DNA of 64,000 nucleotides from a virus (IMGVR_UViG_3300031772_004865:1-64000); one strand, 5' to 3'; shown: positions 1 through 10,277, numbered from the stretch's first letter. The notes: generated by a model from the sequence alone, not told the origin. Translations and numbers: made by a program.

Positions 1-186
1 AATAATGGCAACCCTATCCTTATAACAGATTATTGGCTTCATTCCTTTATACTTAGAAATAAGGGCATCCGTAGAAACCCCTACAATAAGGTAATTTCCT
101 AGTGCTTTAGCCTTTAGAAGCACATTTACATGCCCGTAATGCAATAAATCGTATGAACCTGCAGTATAAATTACTTTATTAATCAT
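1..186 (-). CDS. TagD-like (glycerol/ribitol-phosphate) cytidylyltransferase, N-terminal part (runs off window)
   Basis: Own translation: MINKVIYTAGSYDLLHYGHVNVLLKAKALGNYLIVGVSTD; HxGH motif and G-x-[FY]-D-L-x-H of the CTP_transf_like family. Confidence 0.85.
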   Translation of the reverse strand, partial: MINKVIYTAGSYDLLHYGHVNVLLKAKALGNYLIVGVSTDALISKYKGMKPIICYKDRVAII

Positions 187-667
187 AAAGAATTACTCCA
201 CATCTATAAAAAAATTTCTTCACAGGGAAATGAATGAACATCCCTAACTTATTTAATGTCTCTACCACATCTATTCCAGTCCCTTCAATAGGAATTATCC
301 TAAACTGAGGAAATTTACAAGGAACAGAACACTCTTTACATTGTTTACAACTGCCACCTCCGAGGGCGATTGAAAAATAGTGCCCTTTATTAAATAGATT
401 ATCTTTTTCTTTTAATAATACTTTATGTAATTCTAAGGAAGATGTTCTACCTATTTCTTTCCAGTTCTTAGGGTCGTCTACTACAAATTTCTCAATAAAT
501 ATCTTACCATAGGTATACTTCTTTAAAAGTTTTTTATAATATTCAAAGGTACCGATATTGGGTGGGCAGCAGCCGACTAATCCGTATCTTTTACAAGACC
601 GACAGGCTTCTACAACTTTTAAATTAAAAACTAAGTCTTTCTTTGGGTCGAAGTCTTTAGTTTGCAT
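179..667 (-). CDS. DUF2284-like Cys-rich metal-binding protein
   Basis: CxxCxxYG...CCPP and GSCxxCxxC...CxxP...EGxGIDV pattern. Confidence 0.7.
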   Translation of the reverse strand: MQTKDFDPKKDLVFNLKVVEACRSCKRYGLVGCCPPNIGTFEYYKKLLKKYTYGKIFIEKFVVDDPKNWKEIGRTSSLELHKVLLKEKDNLFNKGHYFSIALGGGSCKQCKECSVPCKFPQFRIIPIEGTGIDVVETLNKLGMFIHFPVKKFFYRCGVILYD

Positions 668-668
668 T

Positions 669-1292
669 TTAAAGTTGCCCTCCTATAACAATTTCTGGAA
701 TAAACCGAATATTATTATACACCAAATAATAGATAGTTTCAACTACCTCTTCTTTTATAGTATCTAGTTGTCCTGGGCAAATAATAGTACTCCTAATATT
801 CTTATCCTTATATTCTGCATTAATGCACTGTGTTAAAGACCTCAAAGCAAATTTACTCATAGAGTATAAGGATTTGTTTGGTGCCCCTGTAATGGCTCTG
901 GTTGACCCTATATTGATAATATGTCCACCATTTTCTTGTTGTAGCATTTGTTTTATAACTAATTGGGTAAGTCCAAAAGCTCCACCTACATTAATATCAA
1001 AGATGGTATGGTAATCAAATTCAGTGTACTCTAAGAAAGGTTTAAGATTAACTATTCCTGCATTATTTATAAGAATATCTATTTGCCCGAATTTTTGAAT
1101 TGTTTTATCTATAAAATGTTTCCTATCCCAATAGTTAGTGATATCTCCACAGAATTGTAAATTGTTTCCGTTTTCCCAATCTCCGTTAGTACGACTAATG
1201 GTAGCGAAATTATAAAGTTCTTGAGATAGTTTATTATAAATGGCTAATCCTAATCCTTTTGTAGTACCACTAATTATTATCGTTTTAGGCAT
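669..1292 (-). CDS. Short-chain dehydrogenase/reductase (SDR)
   Basis: SGTTKGLG Rossmann motif, NNAG, YSMSK catalytic motif. Confidence 0.9.
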   Translation of the reverse strand: MPKTIIISGTTKGLGLAIYNKLSQELYNFATISRTNGDWENGNNLQFCGDITNYWDRKHFIDKTIQKFGQIDILINNAGIVNLKPFLEYTEFDYHTIFDINVGGAFGLTQLVIKQMLQQENGGHIINIGSTRAITGAPNKSLYSMSKFALRSLTQCINAEYKDKNIRSTIICPGQLDTIKEEVVETIYYLVYNNIRFIPEIVIGGQL

Positions 1293-1418
1293 TTCTTATC
1301 TCCAGTAAATAGAACATACAATAATTTTTTAATCTTATTCTTAGAAAATTTACCAAATAATTCTTGTATCAATAAAATGAACATTAATACTATTCCAATG
1401 AACAATCCAATAAAAAAA

Positions 1419-2009
1419 TTAATCATTCTTTTTACCTGATTTTAGCCAGTTAGAAAATGCACTAAAAATCTCATTATAATCTACAGGGAAATAAGACCAG
1501 GTCTCTACACTAAGGTCAACTATATATGATTTTTTCCCCAATTTTCTGAATTTTCCATACTTGCCATGAGTATGTCCAGTAAAATTAAAGAAAAAACTTT
1601 CTCTAGCATACTTTGGGTCATGAACTAAAAAGATATTCTTTCCTCCATAATAGATTTCTATATTTTTTATAGGAGTTTTACATCCATTGTTTTTATCATG
1701 AGAACCATCAATAAATATAATATTACCATGTAATAGAGGTCGAATAGTATCAAACTTTTTTCCTTCGGGAGCTTCGGTAGATTTTGTAAATCCCCAGTCT
1801 CCTAAGAAAAAGACAGTATCTTCTTCTTTAACTTTTGAGTTCCAATTATTAATTATAAATGAATTCATTTCTTCAGTTCGTTCTTTTTCAATAAATTTAG
1901 AAATCCAATTACCTTTTTTGTCCAAATCTCCTTCTTTTAAAAAAGGTCTGTTACAGTAACGAATTATATTAGAATGGGAAAAATGAGTATCTGAAATAAA
2001 ATAAATCAT
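1419..2009 (-). CDS. Calcineurin-like metallophosphoesterase
   Basis: SDTHF, LGD, GSHD, GHTH motifs. Confidence 0.85.
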   Translation of the reverse strand: MIYFISDTHFSHSNIIRYCNRPFLKEGDLDKKGNWISKFIEKERTEEMNSFIINNWNSKVKEEDTVFFLGDWGFTKSTEAPEGKKFDTIRPLLHGNIIFIDGSHDKNNGCKTPIKNIEIYYGGKNIFLVHDPKYARESFFFNFTGHTHGKYGKFRKLGKKSYIVDLSVETWSYFPVDYNEIFSAFSNWLKSGKKND

Positions 2010-2635
2010 ATTATTTTTAGTAATTTTAATTTTTTCTGATTATATAATTTTATTTTAATTTTTGAATATAATTTTTTAAATAATTCGAATTTTGATTTAG
2101 CATCATCTCTCCACCAACCCTTAATCTCAATATAAATATTGCTTTCAGGTAAATAAAAATCGGGGGTATAAGTAGTCTTTCCTAAATCAAATGCTTTTGG
2201 CTCATATTGCCACTTAATTCTTCGTTTATCTAACCACTTGGCATACTTTACTTCCCAACCACTTCTCATCCAGATATTTTTATATTTTATTTGTTTTCCA
2301 CAAGGAAGTCCGATAGTTTTAAATTGATATTTTGTTGCACAAGACCTACATCTAATTGCTTCGGAATTAATTTTTCTTTTACAGTCAATACAATAATGCT
2401 GATAGAGATTTTCTCCATGTTTAAAATTAGAAGCATTTTCTCCTTTATTATATTTTCTAAAATGTTTTAAACAACTGAATTGGGCATTTCTTGAAAGTTT
2501 TTTTCCACAATAGATGCAGTATTTTCTTGGATGTTTTGTCTTAAAAATATAATTACATTTAGGACATCTAATACTTCTGAAATCTTTTAGTATTTTTTTA
2601 CAGTCAAGACACTTAGGAAGATTCTTTTTATTCAT
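2006..2635 (-). CDS. Free-standing PD-(D/E)XK homing endonuclease with CxxC repeats
   Basis: MRSGWE...YTPDFYLP...IEIKGW; N-terminal CxxC arrays; paralog of 34145..34825. Confidence 0.75.
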   Translation of the reverse strand: MNKKNLPKCLDCKKILKDFRSIRCPKCNYIFKTKHPRKYCIYCGKKLSRNAQFSCLKHFRKYNKGENASNFKHGENLYQHYCIDCKRKINSEAIRCRSCATKYQFKTIGLPCGKQIKYKNIWMRSGWEVKYAKWLDKRRIKWQYEPKAFDLGKTTYTPDFYLPESNIYIEIKGWWRDDAKSKFELFKKLYSKIKIKLYNQKKLKLLKII

Positions 2636-2643
2636 TATTCCTC

Positions 2644-3252
2644 TTATTTTTTAGGATAGAGTATTTTATCAACGATTCCGTACTTTAAAGCATCTTCCGC
2701 AAAGAGCCACAATTGCCCGTTACGAATCTGAGTTAATTGCCTTTGATTTAGTTTGGTATATTTTTTCAATATTTCATTCATGTGTTTTTCTAATTTTATA
2801 ACAAAACCTGCTTGGTCTTTTATATTATTAACATTACCAGAAAGTAAATCCTGGGTAGAGTGCTGCATCCAAAATCCATTAGGAGTAATAAATCTCTTCT
2901 TTCCTACAATACTTATCATAGCAGCCATAGAACAGGCTTCTCCAGAGATAATGGTATGAACAGGAGCCTCTATAGATAGGATAGTATCTATTATAGAAAA
3001 TCCATAAGTTACCCAACCTCCAGGACTGTTTATTTCAAGAGAAATTGGTTCTGTTTTGCTTAAATAATTCATAGCTTTTAATTTGGAACATATCACATCG
3101 GCAGAAATATTACTAATTTCATCATAGAGTAAAATATAACGTTGATGATTTAAAATCCGATAATAAAATTCTTCAGACCATTTTCCTTCTTTATTATTGT
3201 ATTCTTTTTCTTGTTCTATAATTTCTTCGTCTTCGCCTTTATATCTTTTCAT
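2644..3252 (-). CDS. clpP: ClpP-family protease subunit (paralog 1)
   Basis: INSPGG, ACSMAA (Ser), MQH (His), KYGIVD; start moved to ATG 3252 behind AGGAGG. Confidence 0.88.
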   Translation of the reverse strand: MKRYKGEDEEIIEQEKEYNNKEGKWSEEFYYRILNHQRYILLYDEISNISADVICSKLKAMNYLSKTEPISLEINSPGGWVTYGFSIIDTILSIEAPVHTIISGEACSMAAMISIVGKKRFITPNGFWMQHSTQDLLSGNVNNIKDQAGFVIKLEKHMNEILKKYTKLNQRQLTQIRNGQLWLFAEDALKYGIVDKILYPKK

Positions 3253-3262
3253 GTTACCTCCT

Positions 3263-5431
3263 TTATTTTTCTTCATACAATTTAAATACCCATTTTGCTT
3301 TTGCAAAATTATCTTTTAAAGGTGTTTTCCATGTATGATATAGAACTTCAAAAATGCTCTCAGGCTGTTGAGGAATTAACAATTCTTGATTTTTGAAGGT
3401 TATAGATTTTAAAGGAAGCACCTGGTCTTCCTTAATTTCTCCATCAATAGTATAGGTTAAATAATATTTACCATCTTCGGTCCAAGAGGTCCAAATATCT
3501 ATTTTTTGCTTTTTAGATGGAGACATAACATGTAATTGACCATTAAAGCCGAATCTTTTTGTTAATAATCCAAAAGAAGTTAATTTCTCACATATTTGGT
3601 CTAATTCTTGTAGGATTTTTTTCTTAGTATGATACTTACTTATATAAGCCAAATCGAGGTCATCATCATGAGAAATGAAATCATTATCTCTTACAATACC
3701 TAATAAAGTTCCATAGATAGGATAAAGTTGTAAATTAAATTGTTGTTTGAACAGTAGTTCCAATTCTTTTATTTCTATTACTTGTTTTATTTTATCTGAT
3801 TCCGATAATTTAGCAAAATCTAATGTACTTTTTATATTTTCTGGGTCAGTCAAATAATCCCATTCTTTTTTAGGAATTCTCCAATCTACTCCATATTGTT
3901 GTCTTAAAAACTCTTCAGGATTATTGGGTACTTTTATTTTTATATTTTTGAAATTAAATTCTTTTAATTCAAATTTTTCATATTTTAATTCATAAAGTTT
4001 CCCATAAGTATCATAACAATAAGTACAAGTATAATTTTCTTTATCATAAAATATAAAGAAATCAATTTGTATGTTTCTTTTTCTAAATCTAAATTCATAA
4101 CCCAATTCTATTTTCCCATAAGAATTTTCAAATTCAAATCCATTATCTATTAATTTTTCTATTAGTTGAGGAGAATAATCATTCACTTTTAATGCCATAT
4201 CAATATCTTCATCATGAATAATAAACTTATTTTCTCGGATAATACCTAATAAAGTTCCTGCGAAGGGAAAAACAGGGATATTTAATTCATTACAAACACT
4301 ATAAATATCTTTTAAATTTTCTAATGCATCTTCTTGATTGATAATATTGGTTATTATTTTACCGAATATTTTTTGTTCACTAAATTGAATATTGATTCTA
4401 CTTTGAAATCTAAGGTGTTCAGGAATATTTGGCTGGGTCAATAATTTTTTACACTCATTATAGGATTCTTGATACTCTCCTACATAATAAGAGCAAATAC
4501 TTTTTTCAAAAAGTAAATCATAGTCGTAAATATCCTTATTAATAAATAGTTTATCTTTGGGATAGGGAATTTCTAATCCTCTTTTTGCGAACATATATCC
4601 TTGTTGGTATTCTCCTCTACATCTACATAATCTAGCTATTCTATAAAGAGTCTCACTCCTGATTGGTCTAAATTCCCAAGCAGCAAGATACCCACTTTTA
4701 GCTAATTCTATATTCCCCAATTCTTCTTGGCAATAAGCCGAAGCATACATACTATAATATACTTCTTCCTCCCAACCCCCCATTTTTATTCTTTTTAAAT
4801 AATACTCTATTGCTTCTTCATACTTACCTGTATCTTTATAAGTTTGAGCAAGATAAAAATGATAGCGAGTACTATTGGGTTCTTCTTTTATTCCTTGTTG
4901 TAATAATTCTATATCTCTCTGAGATTTATTTTCCCTATTTTTTCCATCATCAAAACTATGCATAGTAATAGTATTTAAAGTACCTTCAGTTATTTTAGAT
5001 TTGGTATCTATATATTCATGAGTTACTCCAACATAATACCAATCTATCCTATTATTAATTAAAAGAATTTGGGCATAATCTAAACTACCATCATAATGTA
5101 AATAATAAGCATCTGTGGTAAGAATTTCTTTATTAAATTCTTTAGAAATAATAGGAAGCTCATCCGCATCAAGTAATAGTAGGTAATCTGTTTTGTTTTT
5201 AGCTATTTTCAATAATTCTGTCCGATTCCAACCAAAATTCTTCCATTCTTTAGAATAAATCTCACAATCTATTTTATTAATATTTGCAAAATTTTTAATT
5301 ATTTCAATAGTATTATCAGTACTTCCTGTATCGCAAATAATAATTTTATCTACTATACCTTTTACTGAAGAAAGACAACGTTCAATTATTTTTTCTTCAT
5401 TTTTAACAATCAGGGCTACACCTAAAGTCAT
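3263..5431 (-). CDS. GT2 glycosyltransferase + TPR + two LicD/fukutin-family nucleotidyltransferase domains
   Basis: IVKNEE, DTGSTD, LDADE, THE; TPR helices; two GTLLGxxR...I.HDxDxD motifs. Confidence 0.85.
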   Translation of the reverse strand: MTLGVALIVKNEEKIIERCLSSVKGIVDKIIICDTGSTDNTIEIIKNFANINKIDCEIYSKEWKNFGWNRTELLKIAKNKTDYLLLLDADELPIISKEFNKEILTTDAYYLHYDGSLDYAQILLINNRIDWYYVGVTHEYIDTKSKITEGTLNTITMHSFDDGKNRENKSQRDIELLQQGIKEEPNSTRYHFYLAQTYKDTGKYEEAIEYYLKRIKMGGWEEEVYYSMYASAYCQEELGNIELAKSGYLAAWEFRPIRSETLYRIARLCRCRGEYQQGYMFAKRGLEIPYPKDKLFINKDIYDYDLLFEKSICSYYVGEYQESYNECKKLLTQPNIPEHLRFQSRINIQFSEQKIFGKIITNIINQEDALENLKDIYSVCNELNIPVFPFAGTLLGIIRENKFIIHDEDIDMALKVNDYSPQLIEKLIDNGFEFENSYGKIELGYEFRFRKRNIQIDFFIFYDKENYTCTYCYDTYGKLYELKYEKFELKEFNFKNIKIKVPNNPEEFLRQQYGVDWRIPKKEWDYLTDPENIKSTLDFAKLSESDKIKQVIEIKELELLFKQQFNLQLYPIYGTLLGIVRDNDFISHDDDLDLAYISKYHTKKKILQELDQICEKLTSFGLLTKRFGFNGQLHVMSPSKKQKIDIWTSWTEDGKYYLTYTIDGEIKEDQVLPLKSITFKNQELLIPQQPESIFEVLYHTWKTPLKDNFAKAKWVFKLYEEK

Positions 5432-6609
5432 TTTATCTCCAATTTTTTAATTAAAGGTAAACAAATAAAAGATGTTCCTGCAGCAATAATTATTAATGGT
5501 TTTAATCCTATTAAAGGATAAAGCCAAGCTCCAGATAAGGTAGAAGCGGTTCCTGCTAAATTATTAATGGCACAAAGTAAGGCAAAAGAAGTAGCTTCTT
5601 TACCTGTAATAGTACTGGAAGCCATCAGAGTCATAATATTAAGAAAGACAAACATTCCTATAAAACTAAAGACGATACCATAAATTATACAAGAAACAGG
5701 AGTAAAATAAAGATAACATAAAGTAGTTACTGCTCCAACAAATACTGAATAGATTAAACATTTTCTTACATCTAGTTTCTTTCCAAATTTAAAATAAAGA
5801 ATTGACCCACCAATGCTTACAATAGAAGTGATTGCTCCTAATATCCCCATAAATGTGCCCGACCAATGAAAAGAATCTCTTTCAATAAACATTAATGGCG
5901 TACCGAATCCTGGAGCAAAATTATAAAGAAAAATAAATAAACACGCAAATAGAAATGATTTATTAGTAAATAATTTTCTATAAGACAAGATGGATGGTAT
6001 AAGAGTAGGAGGCTTTTGGGTTGATTGGGTTTCCCTTTTAGCACTACTCCTATATTTTACTATTATTCCCATGATAATCAGATAAATGGGTATTAATGCT
6101 AAATAACCTACTTTATAAGAATAATGGTCTGCTATATATCCTCCTACTAAACCTGTGATAATACCTGCGAAAGTAATAGAAGTCCATTGTATTGCTTGAA
6201 TACTACCACATTCATTGGCTTCCTTGCCTTCTACACACATAATACCATCATTGGCTACATCTCGAATAGTTGCATTAAAACTTCCTAAAGCCATTAAAAC
6301 AACAAGGATTGTTAAAGGTAAGAAACTAATTAATCCTAAATAGAAAGAAATGAGAACACTACCCAAAAGAGATAAGATTATCCAAGTTTTCTTACTTAAA
6401 TAATTATCGCAAAGAAATCCTTGAATTGGTTTTATCAACCAGGCTATTCCTGCAATGGTACTTAAATACATTATAGTAGACGGAGACAGGTGAAGTTTCT
6501 CTTTGAGATAAAAGAACAGACTTAATCCAGGAAGAGATTCAATCCCCTGTGTGAAATATACAGAAGCCGATAGTATATAAATCCAAAGAAGTTTATTATT
6601 TATCTTCAT
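5428..6609 (-). CDS. MFS transporter, BT1 (folate/biopterin) family-like
   Basis: About 12 hydrophobic segments, YFTQG, WLIKP, DVANDG motifs. Confidence 0.75.
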   Translation of the reverse strand: MKINNKLLWIYILSASVYFTQGIESLPGLSLFFYLKEKLHLSPSTIMYLSTIAGIAWLIKPIQGFLCDNYLSKKTWIILSLLGSVLISFYLGLISFLPLTILVVLMALGSFNATIRDVANDGIMCVEGKEANECGSIQAIQWTSITFAGIITGLVGGYIADHYSYKVGYLALIPIYLIIMGIIVKYRSSAKRETQSTQKPPTLIPSILSYRKLFTNKSFLFACLFIFLYNFAPGFGTPLMFIERDSFHWSGTFMGILGAITSIVSIGGSILYFKFGKKLDVRKCLIYSVFVGAVTTLCYLYFTPVSCIIYGIVFSFIGMFVFLNIMTLMASSTITGKEATSFALLCAINNLAGTASTLSGAWLYPLIGLKPLIIIAAGTSFICLPLIKKLEIK

Positions 6610-6784
6610 TTTTCTTTTTATTATAATCATCTATTAATTTTTTAAGATTTTCAACTAATACCTTATTAACTGTATCGTAAATTTCTGTATAAGAATAACC
6701 CGAATTCAATAATTCTTCCCAAATAAGTTCTAAATTAGGTTGAGGTTTAATTAATGCTTTTCTTAAATAATCTTTGAGGTTCAT
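6596..6784 (-). CDS. Hypothetical protein
   Basis: ORF coupled to neighbours. Confidence 0.6.
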   Translation of the reverse strand: MNLKDYLRKALIKPQPNLELIWEELLNSGYSYTEIYDTVNKVLVENLKKLIDDYNKKKNEDK

Positions 6785-7339
6785 TTAAATTATCTTATCT
6801 ATTATTCCTTTTTCTAAACATTCTTCTGGATTTAACCATAGTTCCCCATTACGCAAGGTTTCTAAATCCCTATCTGTTAATTTAGTATATTTTTTTAAAT
6901 GGTCTTCTATCATTTTCCAACATTTCTTAATGAACTCTGCTCTATATTCTACTTTACCAGAATAATCCCCCCAAATTCCTCCAGCCATATCGTGCCCCAT
7001 CCAAAAAGAATTTTTACTCATTAATCTAGTTTTTCCTACAATAGAAATTAATCCTGCCATAGAACATACATCCCCTATTACTACGGTTATTACTGGACTT
7101 TTTAAAAGTTTAATTACATTAATTAAAGAAAATCCGTCTTCAACACTTCCTCCAGGACTAGTAAGATACAAATAAATAGGTTTGTGATTTAGTAAGTCCA
7201 AAGCAAACAATCCCTTAACCAGTTTTTCTATATTTTCTGGTTCTACTTCATCATATAGAAATAATTTTCTGTTTTTTAATAATAAATCTCCTACTTTTAT
7301 TTCAGCAGGTGTTTTTCTTTTTTTAGTTTTCTTTTTCAT
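6785..7339 (-). CDS. clpP: ClpP-family protease subunit (paralog 2)
   Basis: TSPGGSV, VCSMAG, MGH, GIIDKII; start ATG 7339 after AGGAGG. Confidence 0.88.
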   Translation of the reverse strand: MKKKTKKRKTPAEIKVGDLLLKNRKLFLYDEVEPENIEKLVKGLFALDLLNHKPIYLYLTSPGGSVEDGFSLINVIKLLKSPVITVVIGDVCSMAGLISIVGKTRLMSKNSFWMGHDMAGGIWGDYSGKVEYRAEFIKKCWKMIEDHLKKYTKLTDRDLETLRNGELWLNPEECLEKGIIDKII

Positions 7340-7917
7340 TATCCCCTCCTTAAAATTAAATGAATTAATAATGGTATACATAATATGTTTAGTACCATAA
7401 GAATTTTAAAACTTATTGCACATGCTTTAGAAAAAATCTCCAATCCTTTCTTATCTCCCCAAATTTTAATAAAAAGAGGTAAATAAACCACATATCCCCC
7501 ATCAAGACAGGGGGCAAGAGGAAGTGCATTTCCAATTCCTAAAATTAAAGAAAGATAACCAAAATACCACAAATAATAGTTAAACAATAATTTTCCTAAT
7601 AACATCACAATAGTTCCTATAAGTACATTAGTAGTTACTCCTGCCATAGCAATAAGAAATTTTTTACCATAAGGTAAATTAATAAAGTCATCTTTTTCAT
7701 TTGATGTATCGGTTTCTCCTTTTAATTTACAGTATCCTCCTAATAATAATGGACTGATATTATATCGAGTTTCTTTCCATTCAAAACTATAAATGGGTTT
7801 TCCGAAACCAATACTAAATACTAAAACAGGGCATCCTACTGATTTAGCGACAATTAAATGGGCTAATTCGTGGACTAATATGCAAAAGAAAAGACTTACT
7901 AAAAATAATATTATCAT
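7339..7917 (-). CDS. Site-2 (M50, RseP-like) intramembrane metalloprotease, no PDZ
   Basis: HELAH, FSIGFG, AGV..N, N.LP...LDGG. Confidence 0.9.
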   Translation of the reverse strand: MIILFLVSLFFCILVHELAHLIVAKSVGCPVLVFSIGFGKPIYSFEWKETRYNISPLLLGGYCKLKGETDTSNEKDDFINLPYGKKFLIAMAGVTTNVLIGTIVMLLGKLLFNYYLWYFGYLSLILGIGNALPLAPCLDGGYVVYLPLFIKIWGDKKGLEIFSKACAISFKILMVLNILCIPLLIHLILRRG

Positions 7918-8537
7918 TTAGTCCTCCATTTACGGTCAAATATGGTTTTTCCGATAGTATGGTCATATTCGTGCAAAATCACAAAAGATTCTAGGTCTTG
8001 CATTAATCCTGTATTTTCCTTTAAATTTTCATCTAAATAATAAACAGTACAATAAATATATCTTAAAGTATCCACATAAATTCCAGGGAAACTAATACAT
8101 CCCTCATCTTTTACTTTTATAGGATTTGATTTTTCTATTATTTTTGCATTGATAATAATCATTTCATTATATTCTAATTTATCTTTATTCATTTTAGGGA
8201 TTTTAATGTAACTTATTTTTTTCTGAATTCCAATTTGGTTTCCACTAATTCCCAATCCACCATGAGATTCTAAGGTATCTTTTAATTTTTGTATGATTTC
8301 GATTATATTATCTTCTTTAGTTACTTCCAAACAAGGTTTTCTTAGTTGATTAATGTCGGTAATAATAGGTAATTTTTGCGACACTTCTTTTATAAAAATT
8401 GGTTTATAATTTTTTTCTTGCATCTTTTTTAAGGATTCTCTTTCTGATTTTGTTAAGTAACCATTTTCTTGTCTAACTTTTTGTTCAGCAAGATAAATAT
8501 CAAATTCTGATTGGTCTTTAAAAGTTTGTTTCATCAT
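7914..8537 (-). CDS. def: Peptide deformylase
   Basis: GLGISGNQIG, EGCIS, HEYDH motifs. Confidence 0.9.
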   Translation of the reverse strand: MMKQTFKDQSEFDIYLAEQKVRQENGYLTKSERESLKKMQEKNYKPIFIKEVSQKLPIITDINQLRKPCLEVTKEDNIIEIIQKLKDTLESHGGLGISGNQIGIQKKISYIKIPKMNKDKLEYNEMIIINAKIIEKSNPIKVKDEGCISFPGIYVDTLRYIYCTVYYLDENLKENTGLMQDLESFVILHEYDHTIGKTIFDRKWRTK

Positions 8538-8788
8538 AATAAATCTCCTTTATTAATTTTTTATGATTCAATTGCATCTCTTTCTGCTTGTAATCCTTTT
8601 TCTAATTGTTTGATTTTTTCTTTGGCTTCACAAAGAGGACAGTTTTTTTCTTCATAGGTAATATCACAATCGTTACAATAATACATTTTATTTACCTCCT
8701 AAAAAATTTTATTTCTAATATTCTTATTTCGATAATATATCTTATTGATAATATTATAATAATTAAACCTAAACCTATATATGTCATT

Positions 8789-9214
8789 TTATTTTCCCCC
8801 TCTTTGATTCAAGATATGTAATTCTTTTTTCAATTTAATTAATTTTTTATATTTCCATATTGGTCTTCTATTTCCTTTTCCACATCCTTTTCCATTTAAT
8901 AATTTAAGAAGTTTAAGTAAAATTTTTTGTTGTTGTTTTTTAACTATAAAAGGAAGGGGCAATATTAATCTTAATTGTTTTGCATATATCGTTAATAAAT
9001 AACAAAGTTTTCTGTTTTTTTGGAGTTTTAGTTTACGAAGAGTTCCTTTTACAATTTTTTGAGCAAATTTCAATAATTTTTCATTAGTATTAGAAATAGT
9101 AATAATACAACTTATTCCAGGATTGGGGCGTTTTTTTTCATGTTTAAAGATTATGCTTAAGCAACCTTCGCCATCTATAAGAGCAGAAATCCAACCTTTT
9201 TGAAATTTTGTCAT
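8789..9214 (-). CDS. Single-motif LAGLIDADG homing endonuclease
   Basis: WISALIDGEGC near N-terminus, ISNTN. Confidence 0.85.
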   Translation of the reverse strand: MTKFQKGWISALIDGEGCLSIIFKHEKKRPNPGISCIITISNTNEKLLKFAQKIVKGTLRKLKLQKNRKLCYLLTIYAKQLRLILPLPFIVKKQQQKILLKLLKLLNGKGCGKGNRRPIWKYKKLIKLKKELHILNQRGGK

Positions 9215-9651
9215 TATATTATTTTTCCCAAAATTAATAGACTAACTCCAATTATTATACTTTCCCAATAAGATACAGGCAAAAATAACCAAAACCGTTT
9301 GTGCCAATAAATTCTCCCTTTTTTAAAATTCCTCAATCCATAATGTTTTGATTCCACAAACCATAAAAAATCTTCTATTATCCAATACCAAAAGAATAAT
9401 CCCATTAAAGTAAGTTCTTTTTTTAAAGTAAAACTTATAAATAAAAATGGACTGTGGAATAACATTAAAAACATAAGAAGCATGTAAAAATGATACCCAG
9501 TTAATGGTTTATTAATAAGTAGGTTAATTAGACGATTATTTATTGTCCAACAAGGAAATCTTAAACCCCACCCCATTTTTCCTTCTGACATTAATTCCAT
9601 TTTAGCATGTAAGGTTGCTAATAAAATTAAATAAAGAATAATTATAATCAT
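9214..9651 (-). CDS. Membrane protein
   Basis: Several TM segments, EDFLWF motif. Confidence 0.6.
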   Translation of the reverse strand: MIIIILYLILLATLHAKMELMSEGKMGWGLRFPCWTINNRLINLLINKPLTGYHFYMLLMFLMLFHSPFLFISFTLKKELTLMGLFFWYWIIEDFLWFVESKHYGLRNFKKGRIYWHKRFWLFLPVSYWESIIIGVSLLILGKII

Positions 9652-10277
9652 TTTTTTATTTTTGGATAAGGTAATGAAGTTAAAAAAGAAAGTAGTTCTT
9701 TTTTTCTTTTTTTAGATTTACAAATTAATAAAATATATTTGTGTTTTCCTTGCATTAATACTTTTTCAGCTCCTTGAGATAGCAATTGTTTTACATGCTG
9801 TTTTTCATTACAATTTTTTCGTCTACCAAGACCTCTACGAGTAATTAGTTGCCCATTATATAAATATCTTGTTTCTGAATTAGTTTTTCCTAAATAAATA
9901 AAATTCAATGCCTGATAAATATAACCTGCATGAGAAAAATTAGCATCAGCATAACTTAATATTACTTCATAATTAGAATTTAATTTTAACCATTTGAAAG
10001 ATTGTGATAAACAATAAGATAAAATGTTTCTTTCTAATTTTTTAATCATAACAACTCTACTTAATTCGATTCCAATGTGTTGAGTTTCATTATGCCAAAT
10101 TGAAGTAAATGAAAATTGATTTGCTGGAATAGAATAAATAGCACATCCTATTAATTCATTATCATAATAAAAACCGAATCTATATTTTATTGCTTGGGGA
10201 ATTTTATGAGAATAATGATAAGTTTCTATTAAATTTTTTGCTATATTTTTATCAAAATTAATGATAATTTTAATCAT
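9648..10277 (-). CDS. Mom-like (GNAT-fold) DNA base modification enzyme, paralog without nested tRNA
   Basis: HYSH, ELSR, LSYAD...HAGYIYQALNFIYLG, KHKY, LPYPK. Confidence 0.8.
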   Translation of the reverse strand: MIKIIINFDKNIAKNLIETYHYSHKIPQAIKYRFGFYYDNELIGCAIYSIPANQFSFTSIWHNETQHIGIELSRVVMIKKLERNILSYCLSQSFKWLKLNSNYEVILSYADANFSHAGYIYQALNFIYLGKTNSETRYLYNGQLITRRGLGRRKNCNEKQHVKQLLSQGAEKVLMQGKHKYILLICKSKKRKKELLSFLTSLPYPKIKK

